From assembly GCA_963793425.1 (NCBI GenBank), contig CAWCAG010000007.1, positions 160,001 to 224,000 of the forward strand: a stretch of DNA of 64,000 nucleotides. Direction: 5' to 3'. Below the pieces are notes generated by a model. That model worked only from the letters and a program-made list of their open reading frames with translations, was not told the DNA's origin and ran no database searches. The first letter of the stretch is position 1; every line of letters starts with the position of its first letter. A program made the translations under genes and the position numbers. Origin of the DNA: an uncultured cyanobacterium. Its GTDB lineage: Bacteria; Cyanobacteriota; Cyanobacteriia; Cyanobacteriales; CAWCAG01. Positions 28,606 to 41,245 of this stretch are shown here, in pieces.

Positions 28606-31584
28606 TTAAGCATCTACTCCTTCAATGGGCGCAAATCCCTGACGTTGGACATTTTCAGTCACTGTACGGGGTTCAAGGAATTGTAAAAGATAATCTGGCC
28701 CTCCGGCTTTGGAACCGACACCAGAAAGCTTAAATCCCCCAAAGGGTTGACGGGAAACAATCGCCCCAGTTGTATTGCGATTGATGTAGAGGTTGCCGAC
28801 TGCAAACTCTTTACTTGCCCTATCTATATGGGAAGGAGTACGAGAATATAAACCCCCAGTTAGGGCGTAGTTAGTCCCATTAGCTACCTCTAAAGCAGCA
28901 GCAAAGCTATCTACTTTAATCACTGCAAGCACTGGTCCAAAAATTTCTTCCTGGGCAATGGTAGCCTTGGGGTCAACTTCGGTAAAGATGGTAGGGCTGA
29001 CGAAGTAACCTTGATCAGGAACATCAACTTCTAAAGCAACCTCTGCTTCTTCTTTCCCTTTAGCGATATAAGCTAAAATACCCTGCCTAGCTTTGTCATC
29101 CACCACAGGGCCAATTTGAGTACTAGGATCTTCTGCCTTACCAATATTCAGGGAACGAGTTGCTTCTACTAACCGGCTTAAGAAGCTGTCGTATACAGTT
29201 TCTAAAACTATTACCCGTGAACAAGCAGAGCATTTTTGTCCTGTATAACCGAAAGCAGATTGTACAATTCCTGCAACAGCTTGATCTAAATCAGCACTCT
29301 CATCCACAATAATGGCATTCTTACCCCCCATCTCCGCAATCACTCGCTTAAGATGTCTTTGCCCCGGTTGCAATATTGCTGCATCGGCATAAATGCGACA
29401 ACCAACTTCTTGGGAACCAGTAAAAGCAATAAGATGAGTATCAGGATGTTTAACTAAATAATCTCCCACAGTGGAACCCTTGCCAGGAACATATTGAAAT
29501 ACTCCGGGTGGTATGCCTGCCTCTACTAAAATCTCTGTTATCTTCGCAGCAATCACAGAAGCAGGGGCAGCCGGCTTAAGCAAAGTACAGTTTCCTGTCA
29601 CTAAAGCAGCAACAGCCATGCCTGTAGCAATGGCGATGGGAAAATTCCAAGGAGAAATAACTACAGCAATGCCTCGCGGTTGATAAAAGTAGCGGTTGGT
29701 TTCCCCAGCTAAATCATATTCATAACCTTGATCTAACCTTTCCATCTCTTCGGCATAGTAGCGGCAAAAATCAATTGCCTCAGAGACTTCTGCATCAGCT
29801 TGAGGCAAAATCTTCCCTACTTCCAAACTAATCCAAGCCGAAAGTTCATGTCGCCGTTGTTCCATTAATTCTGCTGCTTTTTGCAGAATTGCTGCCCTCT
29901 CCTTAACAGAGGTTTGTTGCCAACCAGGAAAAGCTGCTTTAGCTGCTGCCATAGCTGCTGCGGCTTGTTCAACAGAAATTTGCCCCACCATACCAACAAT
30001 TTCTTGGGGGCTAGAAGGGTTAACAGAGTCTATCGTATCTAAGGTTTGAACATATTCTCCATCAATCAACGGTAAATAGGTTTTTCCTAAAGATTGTTGT
30101 ACCTTTGTTAATGCTTCCTTTGCTGCTTGACGCTGGTTAATTTCGGCATAATCAGTATCGGCAGCGTTAGGGAAAGGTTGATGATCAATAGCTTGAAAGC
30201 TTGTCTCTTCCTCTGGTTGAGGCGGGGCAACCAACTCTTCAATGGGGCGCTGTTCCAAATTCTGCCGTAAAAAGGAACTATTCGCAGTATTCTCCAACAA
30301 ACGACGAATCAAATAAGCCATGCCGGGAAGAAGATTACCGTAAGGAGAATAAACCCTCACCCGATGCCCTCGCTTCACCAAAGCTTTAGCTAATTGATCC
30401 CCCATGCCATAAAGCACCTGCATCTCAAAACGACGGCGAGGAATCTGCAAAGTCTCTGCGATCGCCATTGCTTTAGCCTGGGAGCGCACATTATGGCTAC
30501 CAATTGCTGCATACAAATACTCATGGTTTTCCAACAATAGCTGTACCATGCTCTCAAAGTTAGCATCAGTGGCAGCTTTATCATTGTATACAGGCTGTTG
30601 CCAACCATGTTGGATTGATTTAATAGTTTCTTGATCCCAATAGGCTCCCTTGACCAAACGCACCGTCACCGGACAACCCCGTTTTTTCGCCCAATTAATT
30701 AACTCTTCCAAATCTGCTTGAGAATCTTGCAAATAGCCCTGTAAAGTTACCCCAACATCACTGCGATCACGAAACTCTTCTTCTAACAATAACTCTTTAA
30801 GGATAGTTAAAGTCATATCCTTATAACTATACTGTTCCATATCAAAATGAACAGCCGCCCCCAACTCTTTAGCCTTGCGGAGAAGAATACGAATGCGATC
30901 GCAGACTCTTTCTTTACTACCTTGAGGATCAAGAGGATCAAATTGAGAATAAAAAGCCGTCAGCTTAACCGACACCTGCACCTGGGGCAAAGCCTCCCCC
31001 TCAGCCACATCAATCTGTTCCACTGTTGACCAATTTTGGGCAGCTTGGGTTAACTGTGTCAATAATTCCAAATAGCTTTGTAAATAAGACTCTGCCTCCG
31101 CTTCAGTAATAACAGCTTCCCCTAACAAATCGATGGTAAAAGCCATCTTTTCTTTCCGCAAACGTTCAATAGTCTTAACAGTTTGCTTAATATTTTCCCC
31201 AGCAATATACTTATAAGCCAAAGTTTCCACAGCTTTAGTCACCGTAGCCGCAGCTAATTGGGCAGGAGGAGAATTCGGATCACTAAAATTAAGAATACTT
31301 TTCAATGCAGAGGGCAACTCCACTGACTCATCACCCAAGTATTCTTGTAAATGTCGGGCAATCTCGCTTTTACTGCGTAATGCAGGTAAACAGTCAATAA
31401 AGCGGAATAGCTGCACCCGTAAGTTGGGGTTAGCCATTGCCCAATCCAGGAGTTTATCATCCCAGCGCATCTGGTTTTTAACTTTGGCAAATAGAGAAGG
31501 CCTGTCTCTAGTCGCTTCTAAAAGCTGTTGGGCGATTTCTTTGGTTTTGGTTTCGTAATCTTTATCAGTTAATTGAGCAACCAC
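28606..31584 (-). CDS. putA: Bifunctional proline dehydrogenase / P5C dehydrogenase
   Basis: DLLGE, RLVKGAYWD, YLIRRLLEN; ALDH motifs ISPWNFP, AEMGGKN, GQKCSAC, EEIFGP. Confidence 0.96.
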   Translation of the reverse strand: MVAQLTDKDYETKTKEIAQQLLEATRDRPSLFAKVKNQMRWDDKLLDWAMANPNLRVQLFRFIDCLPALRSKSEIARHLQEYLGDESVELPSALKSILNFSDPNSPPAQLAAATVTKAVETLAYKYIAGENIKQTVKTIERLRKEKMAFTIDLLGEAVITEAEAESYLQSYLELLTQLTQAAQNWSTVEQIDVAEGEALPQVQVSVKLTAFYSQFDPLDPQGSKERVCDRIRILLRKAKELGAAVHFDMEQYSYKDMTLTILKELLLEEEFRDRSDVGVTLQGYLQDSQADLEELINWAKKRGCPVTVRLVKGAYWDQETIKSIQHGWQQPVYNDKAATDANFESMVQLLLENHEYLYAAIGSHNVRSQAKAMAIAETLQIPRRRFEMQVLYGMGDQLAKALVKRGHRVRVYSPYGNLLPGMAYLIRRLLENTANSSFLRQNLEQRPIEELVAPPQPEEETSFQAIDHQPFPNAADTDYAEINQRQAAKEALTKVQQSLGKTYLPLIDGEYVQTLDTIDSVNPSSPQEIVGMVGQISVEQAAAAMAAAKAAFPGWQQTSVKERAAILQKAAELMEQRRHELSAWISLEVGKILPQADAEVSEAIDFCRYYAEEMERLDQGYEYDLAGETNRYFYQPRGIAVVISPWNFPIAIATGMAVAALVTGNCTLLKPAAPASVIAAKITEILVEAGIPPGVFQYVPGKGSTVGDYLVKHPDTHLIAFTGSQEVGCRIYADAAILQPGQRHLKRVIAEMGGKNAIIVDESADLDQAVAGIVQSAFGYTGQKCSACSRVIVLETVYDSFLSRLVEATRSLNIGKAEDPSTQIGPVVDDKARQGILAYIAKGKEEAEVALEVDVPDQGYFVSPTIFTEVDPKATIAQEEIFGPVLAVIKVDSFAAALEVANGTNYALTGGLYSRTPSHIDRASKEFAVGNLYINRNTTGAIVSRQPFGGFKLSGVGSKAGGPDYLLQFLEPRTVTENVQRQGFAPIEGVDA

Positions 31585-31871
31585 TTTCTCTGCTAAACTC
31601 CTAATCGGTTACAAGGTTGGTAGGATAACCTAATATATGTCCAACCCTTTATCTTTACTGAAAGAAAGTTTACATGGCTCTATCTTTGGTTAGGTGTTAA
31701 CTTTCTATGCAGAGACAAATATAGAACAGCCAAGGATTAAAATCCCTGGAACCAACAGCCTAAGTTATCTTAAGATGACTACCAGATTCTGTAATTTTCC
31801 CAAGTGTTATTGGCTCTATTTTGTTGCTAACTCAATTAACTTTCCTGTTACCAATAAAGCAACTATTGCTA

Positions 31872-32801
31872 TCACAAAACTTGAGCTTTTAACCAAGCGC
31901 TAGGTAAGTAAAATAGCTTTTTCGGTGTGGGTACAAATGCTCTTTGGTTAAAAACATCGTAATCATTTTCTTCAATAACATCAAGAATACCTTGATAGAG
32001 CATCAAAGCAGCCCAAACAGGCCATCGAGAATCAGAATTTAGGTAACTAATTCCTCTTTCTGCATCAGCGTAATATTGTCTCGCCCTTTGGATTTGAAAA
32101 GCCATCAACTTGCGCCAGCGACTATCAATTACACCATTAAATAAATCTTCTTCGGTGTAATTGAACAAAGCTAGTTCATCTAAAGGTAAATAAATACGCC
32201 CTCGTTGAGCATCTTCACCAACATCTCGGAGAATATTAGTAAGTTGGTTGGCTATACCAAGAGAAAGCGCCTCTTTTTGGGGAATATAGGGTTCTGTTGA
32301 ACGATTCCAAGGGGCAGTATTTTGTCCCTCATCTATGCCTAAAACGGAACTAGACATCAAACCTACTGTCCCAGCCACCCGATAGCAATATAGTTTTAAT
32401 TCCTCAAAGTTTTTGTAGCGACTACGATAGAGATCCATCTGCTGTCCGGCAATCATATCCCGAAAAGGTTGAATATCGATAGGGAAACGCTCTAAAGTAT
32501 CAACTAAAGCAACATCAGGATCTTCGAGAGGTTGCCCAGCAAAAACCGATTCGAGATGTTGTTCCCAAATTTCCAAAGTTTCTGGAGTAGTAAAGCGAGA
32601 TTCAGGCCCATCAACCAATTCATCGGTACGCCGACACCAAACATATATGGCCCAAATAGCTCGACGTTTTTCGGGGGGCATTAAAAGAGTCCCCAAGTAA
32701 AAGGTCTTAGAGTATTTTGCCGTAATCTGACGGCAATATTCATAAGCCTCCAAGCGGGAGACTAGGGATCTCGTTGGTTGAGGTTTAGTCAATTGCAGCA
32801 T
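31872..32801 (-). CDS. crtB: Phytoene synthase
   Basis: WCRRTDELVD, YCYRVAGTVG, NQLTNILRDVGED. Confidence 0.97.
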   Translation of the reverse strand: MLQLTKPQPTRSLVSRLEAYEYCRQITAKYSKTFYLGTLLMPPEKRRAIWAIYVWCRRTDELVDGPESRFTTPETLEIWEQHLESVFAGQPLEDPDVALVDTLERFPIDIQPFRDMIAGQQMDLYRSRYKNFEELKLYCYRVAGTVGLMSSSVLGIDEGQNTAPWNRSTEPYIPQKEALSLGIANQLTNILRDVGEDAQRGRIYLPLDELALFNYTEEDLFNGVIDSRWRKLMAFQIQRARQYYADAERGISYLNSDSRWPVWAALMLYQGILDVIEENDYDVFNQRAFVPTPKKLFYLPSAWLKAQVL

Positions 32802-32956
32802 TCATCGCAGGCCAAGATTCGGGCAGTTTGGAACAGTTTGTAGTGGGTTTTAGGCCCCTACAAAGCACTGTCTGTAGTTATTAACCATTAGAATTGTCCC
32901 ATTGGATTAGCAAATCTGGAAACTAAATAATTTAAGAATTTAAAGTCTTTTAGCTT

Positions 32957-34396
<1,440 letters not shown>

Positions 34397-34534
34397 TTAT
34401 AAATACTGTTATTAACTATTTGTGTTGATCTGTAAGATTAATTATACTTTGCAATCTGTAACATTTCACAAAAAATCGCCCCAGGGCTACCAAATTTAGG
34501 CTTTAAGTTGGTCAACAACACTAGATAACTGATT

Positions 34535-35401
34535 ATGACTCGCTTTCTAACTCCCAAAAATACTTCTGGTCAAACTCTCCCCACCATGTACGATTTACCG
34601 AGTGAGTTTCCAGAGGAACCAGGATTGCCAGATTATTTCCATTTCTTACAACCTTTACTGCTTTACTTGAGCTTTTCACCCCTCAATTACCCCAGAGAAA
34701 GATTTTTCTGTGGTGCAGATATGAACGTTTACTACGATCCGGAACATACTCTACGTCATAAACGCCCTGATTGGTTTGCTGCGGTAGGAGTGCCAGAATT
34801 TTATGATGGTAAGGACTTACGCTTAAGCTATGTAACTTGGGCGGAAGTTGCTAATCCTTTTGTGGTGGTGGAGTTATTGTCTCCAGGTACAGAAAAAGAA
34901 GATTTAGGACAAACCCAACGCCAAAATGGAGAGTTACCAACCAAATGGGAAGTGTATGAACAGATTTTAAAAATTCCTTATTATTTCATTTTCAGTCGCT
35001 ACACCAACGAAGGAAAAGCATATCGTTTGGGTGAAAATGGTTATGAAGAAATGGCCGCAGTGAACCGAAAATGGTTAGTACCAGAATTAGGCTTAAGTTT
35101 AGGAATTTGGTCAGGAGAATTTGAAAGAAGCAAGAGACAGTGGTTACGTTGGTTTACCTTAGAAGGGGAATTAATTGCTGTAGATAAAGAAAAAATTGCT
35201 CAAGTTAAGGCAGAAATTGAAGTAATTAGAGAAAGATTAATTCAAGCGGAAGAAGAAGCTGAAGATGCTAGAGAAAGAATAATTCAAGCTAGACAAGAAA
35301 CCCAAGAAGCTAGACAAGAAGCAGCTAAAGCTAAGCAAGAAAAGGAACAGTTATTAGCCAAGTTAAAAGAGTTAGGTATAGATCCTGATGAAATCAGCTA
35401 A
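34535..35401 (+). CDS. Uma2 family putative endonuclease with coiled-coil tail
   Basis: LPTMYDLPSE.PEEPGLPD, RPDWF, VVELLSPGT, WLRW; EARQE repeats. Confidence 0.88.
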   Translation: MTRFLTPKNTSGQTLPTMYDLPSEFPEEPGLPDYFHFLQPLLLYLSFSPLNYPRERFFCGADMNVYYDPEHTLRHKRPDWFAAVGVPEFYDGKDLRLSYVTWAEVANPFVVVELLSPGTEKEDLGQTQRQNGELPTKWEVYEQILKIPYYFIFSRYTNEGKAYRLGENGYEEMAAVNRKWLVPELGLSLGIWSGEFERSKRQWLRWFTLEGELIAVDKEKIAQVKAEIEVIRERLIQAEEEAEDARERIIQARQETQEARQEAAKAKQEKEQLLAKLKELGIDPDEIS

Positions 35402-35472
35402 ACGAGAATTATTTGCTTACTTTATAATTCATCAACGGCGATCTCTACGCCCCTAACTAAACAAAATCAACT

Positions 35473-37125
35473 ATGAAACAAAACCTCTGTCGTTTTTCCC
35501 CTCGCCGCCTTTTTTCTTTTGGTAAATATCTTAGTCTCTTTTTTCTCTGCTTTTCTTTAATTGTTGCTTGTAATAACCAACCTCAAAATTCTTCTAGTTC
35601 AACTCCTGGTAGCAATGAAGGTGGCAGAATCACCGTAGGTACAACTTTAAAACCCCGCACCCTTGATCCGTCTGATAACTATGAATTGGCAGGAACGAAT
35701 GTTATTTATAACTTAAGCGATACTCTTTATGCTTATAAACCGGAGACGACGGAATTAGAACCTCAGCTAGCTACGGAGATGCCAGAAATAAGCGAGGATG
35801 GTTTAACCTATACTATTCCGGTACGAGAAGGGGTGACTTTCCATGATGGTACTCCTTTTAATGCTGAGGCAATGGCTTTTTCCTTACAACGCTTTTTGGA
35901 AAATGGCGGTAAACCTTCTTTCCTGCTTTCAGATACCATAGAGTCGGTAGAAGCCACAGGAGATTACGAACTTACCATTAAACTCACCAAGCCTTTTGCT
36001 GCTTTCCCCGCTTTATTAGCTTACCCTGGTACTTGTGCTATTTCCCCAGAAGCTTATGAAATTGGTGCAGGTAAGTTTCAACCCAACACCTTTGTAGGAA
36101 CTGGCCCTTATAAATTAGCTGAATTTAGTAGCGATTCAATTCGTTTTGATGTTTTTGAGGATTACTGGGGAGAAAAGCCTGTTAATGAAGGGGCGGATAT
36201 GCAGATTTATGCTAGTAATTCTGCGAACCTGTTTAATAGTTTCCGTACCGGGGAAGTCGATGTTGCTTATCAATCCCTCGATCCTAACCAAATTAAAAGC
36301 TTGCAAGAACAAGCAGGAAAGGGAGATTTTCAGGTTTTTGAAGCATCGGGTACAGCAGTTAGTTATATGGTGTTGAACTTGCAGCAAGAACCCTTAGATA
36401 AGCTGGAAGTACGGCAGGCGATCGCCACAATGTTAGACCGTTCTTTACTTAATCAAAGAGTTTTACAAGACCAGGGAGAAGCTATTTATAGTTTAGTTCC
36501 TAGTGCCTTTGATGCCTACAAACCTGCCTTTGAAGAAGCCTATGGTAAGGGAAATTATGATCAGGCTAAAGAGTTATTAAAAAAAGCTGGTTATTCTCCT
36601 CAAAAGCCTGCCACCGTTGAACTTTGGTATCCTTCTGGTTCCAATATTCGTGAAGCTGTAGCTGCCACTTTGAGGGCATTAGCAGAAAGAGAGTTAGATG
36701 GGGCATTAATATTTGAACCCAAGAGTGTAGAATCTGCCACAGCTTTTAGTAATTTACCCAAGGGTATTTATCCCAGCTTTTTAGTAGATTGGTATCCAGA
36801 CTTTTTGGATGCTGATAATTATCTTCAACCCTTTTTAGACTGTGCTAAAGGTTCAGAAACAGAAGGTTGTACAGAAGGGGCAGCACAAAACCAAGGTTCG
36901 TTTTTTTATAGCGATTCCGTCAATGAGTTAATTGATCAACAACGCCAAGAACAAGATGTTACTAAGCGTGAAGCCATCTTTGCAGAAATTCAAGAAATTT
37001 TAGCCGAACAAGTTCCTTATCTTCCTTTGTGGCAAAGTAAAGATTATGCCTTTGCCCAAAACGGAGTTGAAGGGATAACTATGAATCCGAGTCAGAATTT
37101 CCCTCTTTGGACTATTAGTAAGTAA
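35473..37125 (+). CDS. ABC transporter substrate-binding lipoprotein, family 5 (peptide/nickel)
   Basis: Lipobox LIVAC, LDP, FHDGTPF.A, GTGPYKL, VRQAI. Confidence 0.92.
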   Translation: MKQNLCRFSPRRLFSFGKYLSLFFLCFSLIVACNNQPQNSSSSTPGSNEGGRITVGTTLKPRTLDPSDNYELAGTNVIYNLSDTLYAYKPETTELEPQLATEMPEISEDGLTYTIPVREGVTFHDGTPFNAEAMAFSLQRFLENGGKPSFLLSDTIESVEATGDYELTIKLTKPFAAFPALLAYPGTCAISPEAYEIGAGKFQPNTFVGTGPYKLAEFSSDSIRFDVFEDYWGEKPVNEGADMQIYASNSANLFNSFRTGEVDVAYQSLDPNQIKSLQEQAGKGDFQVFEASGTAVSYMVLNLQQEPLDKLEVRQAIATMLDRSLLNQRVLQDQGEAIYSLVPSAFDAYKPAFEEAYGKGNYDQAKELLKKAGYSPQKPATVELWYPSGSNIREAVAATLRALAERELDGALIFEPKSVESATAFSNLPKGIYPSFLVDWYPDFLDADNYLQPFLDCAKGSETEGCTEGAAQNQGSFFYSDSVNELIDQQRQEQDVTKREAIFAEIQEILAEQVPYLPLWQSKDYAFAQNGVEGITMNPSQNFPLWTISK

Positions 37126-37130
37126 GTCAG

Positions 37131-37277
37131 GTAGTGGGGCAAATGCCCCCGACAATCGGGTGTCGTTAGCTGTAGGCGAACGCACCTTAATTGAGTTGAA
37201 TTTAGGGCGGTGCGTTAAGCGCTGAATTAAGATTTTATAGACCTGCCATGATTTTTTACAGCGCCAACACACCCTAC
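37131..37277. repeat. Cluster of REP-like hairpins between convergent genes
   Basis: GTAGTGGGGC-aaat-GCCCC; GGTGCGTTAAGCGCTG ... CAGCGCCAACACACCCTAC. Confidence 0.55.
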
Positions 37278-37319
37278 AGGAGGTGCGATCGCTGGTAAAT
37301 TTTGCAAAGGAATCATAGA

Positions 37320-39206
37320 TTAGGAATTCAAATAAGTGTAACTGTTCAAACTACTCTCGTAATTTTGCAGTAAAAGTCGCGACTCTGCTAAAGTAATTTT
37401 CTTTTCTTGTAGGGCTTTTTCTGTACGCTGGCGAATCTTTTCTACTAAATCTTGGGCATCATATTCCACATAACTTAGAACCTCTGCAATGCCATCTCCT
37501 TTAACCACTCTTTCTACTTCATAGCCTTGAGATGTCATCTTGATATGCACCAAATTAGTACTACCAAAAAGATTATGAAGATTACCCATAATTTCTTGAT
37601 AAGCCCCAACTAAAAACATTCCTAAGCAGTATTGAGAATTATTTTTGAGGGGATGAAGTTCTAAAAGATTTTTAGGTTTTTGTGTATCAATAAATTGGTC
37701 GATTTTGCCATCGCTATCACAAGTTAAATCTGCAAGAAAGCCCTTTTTAGTTGGCTTTTCTTCTAGGCGATGGAGAGGCATAATGGGAAAAAGTTGTTTA
37801 ATAGCCCAAGCGTCAGGAGCAGAACGGAAAACGGAAAAGTTAACATGATAAATTGAAGCTAAAGATTTAGCTAAATCTTGCAAATCTTCAGGAATATATT
37901 CTTGGTCTTTGACAATTTGAAAAATCTTTTCGCAACAAGCCCAATATAATTGTTCTGCCCTAGCCCTTTCTTCTAAACCCAAATAACCAAAGCCAAACAA
38001 ACTAATTGCTTCTTCCTTAAATTGAATAGCATCGTGATAACTTTCTTGATAATTATCTAGGTTAATTCCGTGGTAAGTTTCCCAGAGATTGCGAATAATT
38101 AAATGTTCTTTTGAACTTAAAACTTGAGGTGGTTGAGAAGGAATATCACTGGTATCAAGAACATCAAAAATAAGTACCGCTTGATGAGATGCGATCGCCC
38201 TACCACTTTCACTAATTAAAATCGGGGCAGCTATATTTCTTTCTTCACAAACCTCAGAAACTTCTGCCACAATATCGTTGGCATAGTTCTGCATATTATA
38301 GTTTTTGGAACCAGGAAAGTTGGTTTTAGAGCCATCATAATCTACGCCCAAACCACCACCCACATCAAGGTATTGCATATTCGCTCCCAATTTAACTAGC
38401 TCCCCGTAAATCTGACTAGCTTCGCGAATAGCATCTTTAATCACGCTAATAGAAGAAATTTGTGAACCAATGTGGAAATGAAGGAGTTGCAAACAAGACA
38501 ACATTTCTGCCTTATCTAATTGCGTAACTACCTCTAAAATTTGCGGAATCGTTAAGCCACACTTCGCCCCATCCCCAGTAGAATTCCCCCAATGTCCGGA
38601 ACCTCGACTATTAAGTTTCGCCCTTACCCCCAAAGTGGGAGCAATATTCAACTTTTGACTAATTTCTAAAACTAAAGCTAATTCTGATTGTTGTTCAATG
38701 ACAATCACCGGATTCTGCCCTAAACGCTTTGCTAATAAAGCTGTTTCTAAGTAAGCATGGTCTTTATAACCATTGCAAATCAACAGTGCTTCTGAAGGTT
38801 CTAAAGTCGCCAGGGCGATGGTTAATTCTGGTTTTGAACCTGCTTCTAAACCAAACTGATAAGGTTTACCAAAACGAACCAAATCTTCAACAAGATAGCG
38901 GTGTTGATTACATTTAATTGGGTAAACACCACGATAGGTATTTGGATAATTATATCTAGCGATCGCCTTAGCAAAACAAGTATTCAAACGCTCAATGCGA
39001 TCAGCAAGAATATCCGGAAAGCGAATCAGTAAAGGAAGTTCAATATCCCTCTCTTGTAATGATTGTACCAATTCCCACAAATCTAAAACCTGACTAGAAT
39101 CCCCTTGAGGAGAAACTATCACATGACCAGTAGAATTAATACTAAAGTAAGGTTCTCCCCAACTTTGAATCCGATATAATTTCTGACTATCTTCAATAGA
39201 CCACAT
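37320..39206 (-). CDS. speA: Biosynthetic arginine decarboxylase
   Basis: YPIKCNQ (PLP Lys), EAGSKPEL, HFHIGSQ, DVGGGLG, ESGR, TCDSDG, GAYQ. Confidence 0.95.
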   Translation of the reverse strand: MWSIEDSQKLYRIQSWGEPYFSINSTGHVIVSPQGDSSQVLDLWELVQSLQERDIELPLLIRFPDILADRIERLNTCFAKAIARYNYPNTYRGVYPIKCNQHRYLVEDLVRFGKPYQFGLEAGSKPELTIALATLEPSEALLICNGYKDHAYLETALLAKRLGQNPVIVIEQQSELALVLEISQKLNIAPTLGVRAKLNSRGSGHWGNSTGDGAKCGLTIPQILEVVTQLDKAEMLSCLQLLHFHIGSQISSISVIKDAIREASQIYGELVKLGANMQYLDVGGGLGVDYDGSKTNFPGSKNYNMQNYANDIVAEVSEVCEERNIAAPILISESGRAIASHQAVLIFDVLDTSDIPSQPPQVLSSKEHLIIRNLWETYHGINLDNYQESYHDAIQFKEEAISLFGFGYLGLEERARAEQLYWACCEKIFQIVKDQEYIPEDLQDLAKSLASIYHVNFSVFRSAPDAWAIKQLFPIMPLHRLEEKPTKKGFLADLTCDSDGKIDQFIDTQKPKNLLELHPLKNNSQYCLGMFLVGAYQEIMGNLHNLFGSTNLVHIKMTSQGYEVERVVKGDGIAEVLSYVEYDAQDLVEKIRQRTEKALQEKKITLAESRLLLQNYESSLNSYTYLNS

Positions 39207-39290
39207 AAGCTTTTTTGAGGTTAGGAGGTAGGTAAGTGGGGAGAACTTTCATAGGTATAGTTTTAAATTATTAAGTTAAGAGTATTTAGT

Positions 39291-39632
39291 ATGAATTCAA
39301 TTATGGTCATACACCCCTACAAATATGATGAAATGTGGGTGTTTGATGACGAGAAAGTAGGTTTAGTGCGAGAGCCATTTGTCGCCGGCGCTGATAAAAT
39401 TATTGACCAAATGGTAGCAAATATACCACAAGCAGAATCGGGTTTTAGCTTATTGTTTTCTGCCCATCCCTTTCCTGGCTATCAAGTTAAGTTTGATTGG
39501 CGGCGAGAGGAATATGGAGGGAACTGGTACTATATTGCGATGTTAGATATGGAAGGCTGGCTTTGTCCGGCTTTGTTTAAATATTTTGATAAAGCCCCGC
39601 AAGAGTTTTATGCTCAGTTTAAGGCAGCTTGA
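39291..39632 (+). CDS. Conserved hypothetical protein (DUF6717-like)
   Basis: I.PY....WVFDD...L..EPFV.G.D, GWLCPAL.KYF. Confidence 0.75.
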   Translation: MNSIMVIHPYKYDEMWVFDDEKVGLVREPFVAGADKIIDQMVANIPQAESGFSLLFSAHPFPGYQVKFDWRREEYGGNWYYIAMLDMEGWLCPALFKYFDKAPQEFYAQFKAA

Positions 39633-39788
39633 ATATAGCAAGTATAAAATTGCATAAGGTGAAAGTATTACTATTTGTAGGATAAAATTCTCAGCAATCA
39701 GCTTGTCGTAAATCTCGTTAAATCTTTATACAGGATGAGTTAACTCAAATCTATTCTACTAGAACACACTTCATACACTATACTCTTC

Positions 39789-40397
39789 ATGGTTCAATTA
39801 TCACCAAAACTATTAACCTTCGATGAATTTATTGAATGGCTGCCAGAGAATAGGCGCTACGAACTACATGATGGGACAATCATAGAAATGCAACCTACAG
39901 GAAAGCACGAAGATATTACAGGATTTCTCACTCAAGAATTAACCTTGGAATATACCAGAATGCAACTATCCTATCGCATTCCTCCAAAAGCACTAGTCAA
40001 ACCTCGCAATAAACAAACAGGTTACAATCGTGATTTGCTAATTGTAGACCGTTCTCAACTAGAATTAGAGCCTTTATGGGAAAAACAATCAACCCTGATT
40101 CAGGGAAAATCTGTTCCTTTAATTATCGAGGTAGTCAGTACTAATTGGCGCGATGATTATGGCTACAAACTCATTGACTACGAAGCAATAGGCATTCGTG
40201 AATACTGGATTGTAGATTATCTAGGTTTGGGGGGAGTGCGCTTTATTGGGCAACCCAAACAACCTACCATCTCTATTTATGAGCTTATTGATGGAGAATA
40301 CCAAGTAAAGCAGTTTAGGGGAAGCGAAATGATATCTTCACCGACATTCCCAAAACTCAAGCTGACTGTTGAGCAGATTTTTCAAGCTCAAAGATGA
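39789..40397 (+). CDS. Uma2 family putative endonuclease
   Basis: Close paralogue of 6600..7214; RYEL.DG, IEVVSTNWRDDY, EYWIVD. Confidence 0.9.
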   Translation: MVQLSPKLLTFDEFIEWLPENRRYELHDGTIIEMQPTGKHEDITGFLTQELTLEYTRMQLSYRIPPKALVKPRNKQTGYNRDLLIVDRSQLELEPLWEKQSTLIQGKSVPLIIEVVSTNWRDDYGYKLIDYEAIGIREYWIVDYLGLGGVRFIGQPKQPTISIYELIDGEYQVKQFRGSEMISSPTFPKLKLTVEQIFQAQR

Positions 40398-40533
40398 AGA
40401 TTATTATTATCCTAAAGGTACGGCGGTATACTGAATTTCGATACAGGTGAGGTAATCGCTGATTAATTCTATGGGAGGAACTGGTGCGATCGCTAACGGT
40501 ATAATAGTAGCTGTTTTGACGGTGATTTCTGTA

Positions 40534-41133
40534 ATGGATGAAATACCTTGGGATCTGATAATTCAGACGAAGCGCCTTATCATTCGCCCTCAAAAATATA
40601 GTGACTATAAAGCTTGGTATATCGCTTTTTCAGAACGCCTACCACAGCAGTACACATATGACGAAGGACAGATTGCTTTAGATGGCTATGATGCTGACGA
40701 GTTTACAAATATATGTAAGAGCCATCAAGAGCAAGCATCAAATGATTACGCATATATTTGGGGGATATTTCATAAACAAACAAACCGGCATATTGGCAAT
40801 ATCGACTTATCCACCATTCAACGGGAGGAAAAACAGTGGGCTAACTTGGGTTACACTATCCATAATCAATACTGGAGACAAGGGTTTGGGAAAGAAGCTG
40901 TAAGAGCCGTAATCATTGCTGGGTTTGAGCAGCTTGGATATCATCGTATTGAAGCAGCCATCAATCTTGATAATCATCCTTCTATTGCTCTTGTACAAAC
41001 TGTTGGCTTGCAAAAAGAGTGCGTTCGGCGCGGCTTTTATTATGAAAATGAGCAATGGGTAGATCATATAATTTATGTAGCTCTCCCTACTGATTTAGGT
41101 ATATCTGAGAAGCCACCAGCGATTACTACCTAG
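40534..41133 (+). CDS. GNAT family N-acetyltransferase (RimJ/RimL type)
   Basis: T.RLIIRP, LGY.I...YWRQGFGKEA, HRIEA.I..DN.PS; TATAAT at about 40500 favours ATG 40534. Confidence 0.88.
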   Translation: MDEIPWDLIIQTKRLIIRPQKYSDYKAWYIAFSERLPQQYTYDEGQIALDGYDADEFTNICKSHQEQASNDYAYIWGIFHKQTNRHIGNIDLSTIQREEKQWANLGYTIHNQYWRQGFGKEAVRAVIIAGFEQLGYHRIEAAINLDNHPSIALVQTVGLQKECVRRGFYYENEQWVDHIIYVALPTDLGISEKPPAITT

Positions 41134-41245
41134 AGTGTCAGCGCAGTCTTGATTTTAGTAGAAATGGGAAGTGTCCAGACAATATCTAGTTTTAGCATTT
41201 CACGAACCTGAAATTAGTCAGTATACGGATTTTGGTACAGGTGAA

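Noticed and set aside
27670..31903. ORFs 27670..27870, 30201..30389, 30390..30608, 30847..31029, 31302..31490, 31694..31903
   Set aside because: Alternate-frame or antisense overlaps of real genes, or motif-less intergenic ORFs
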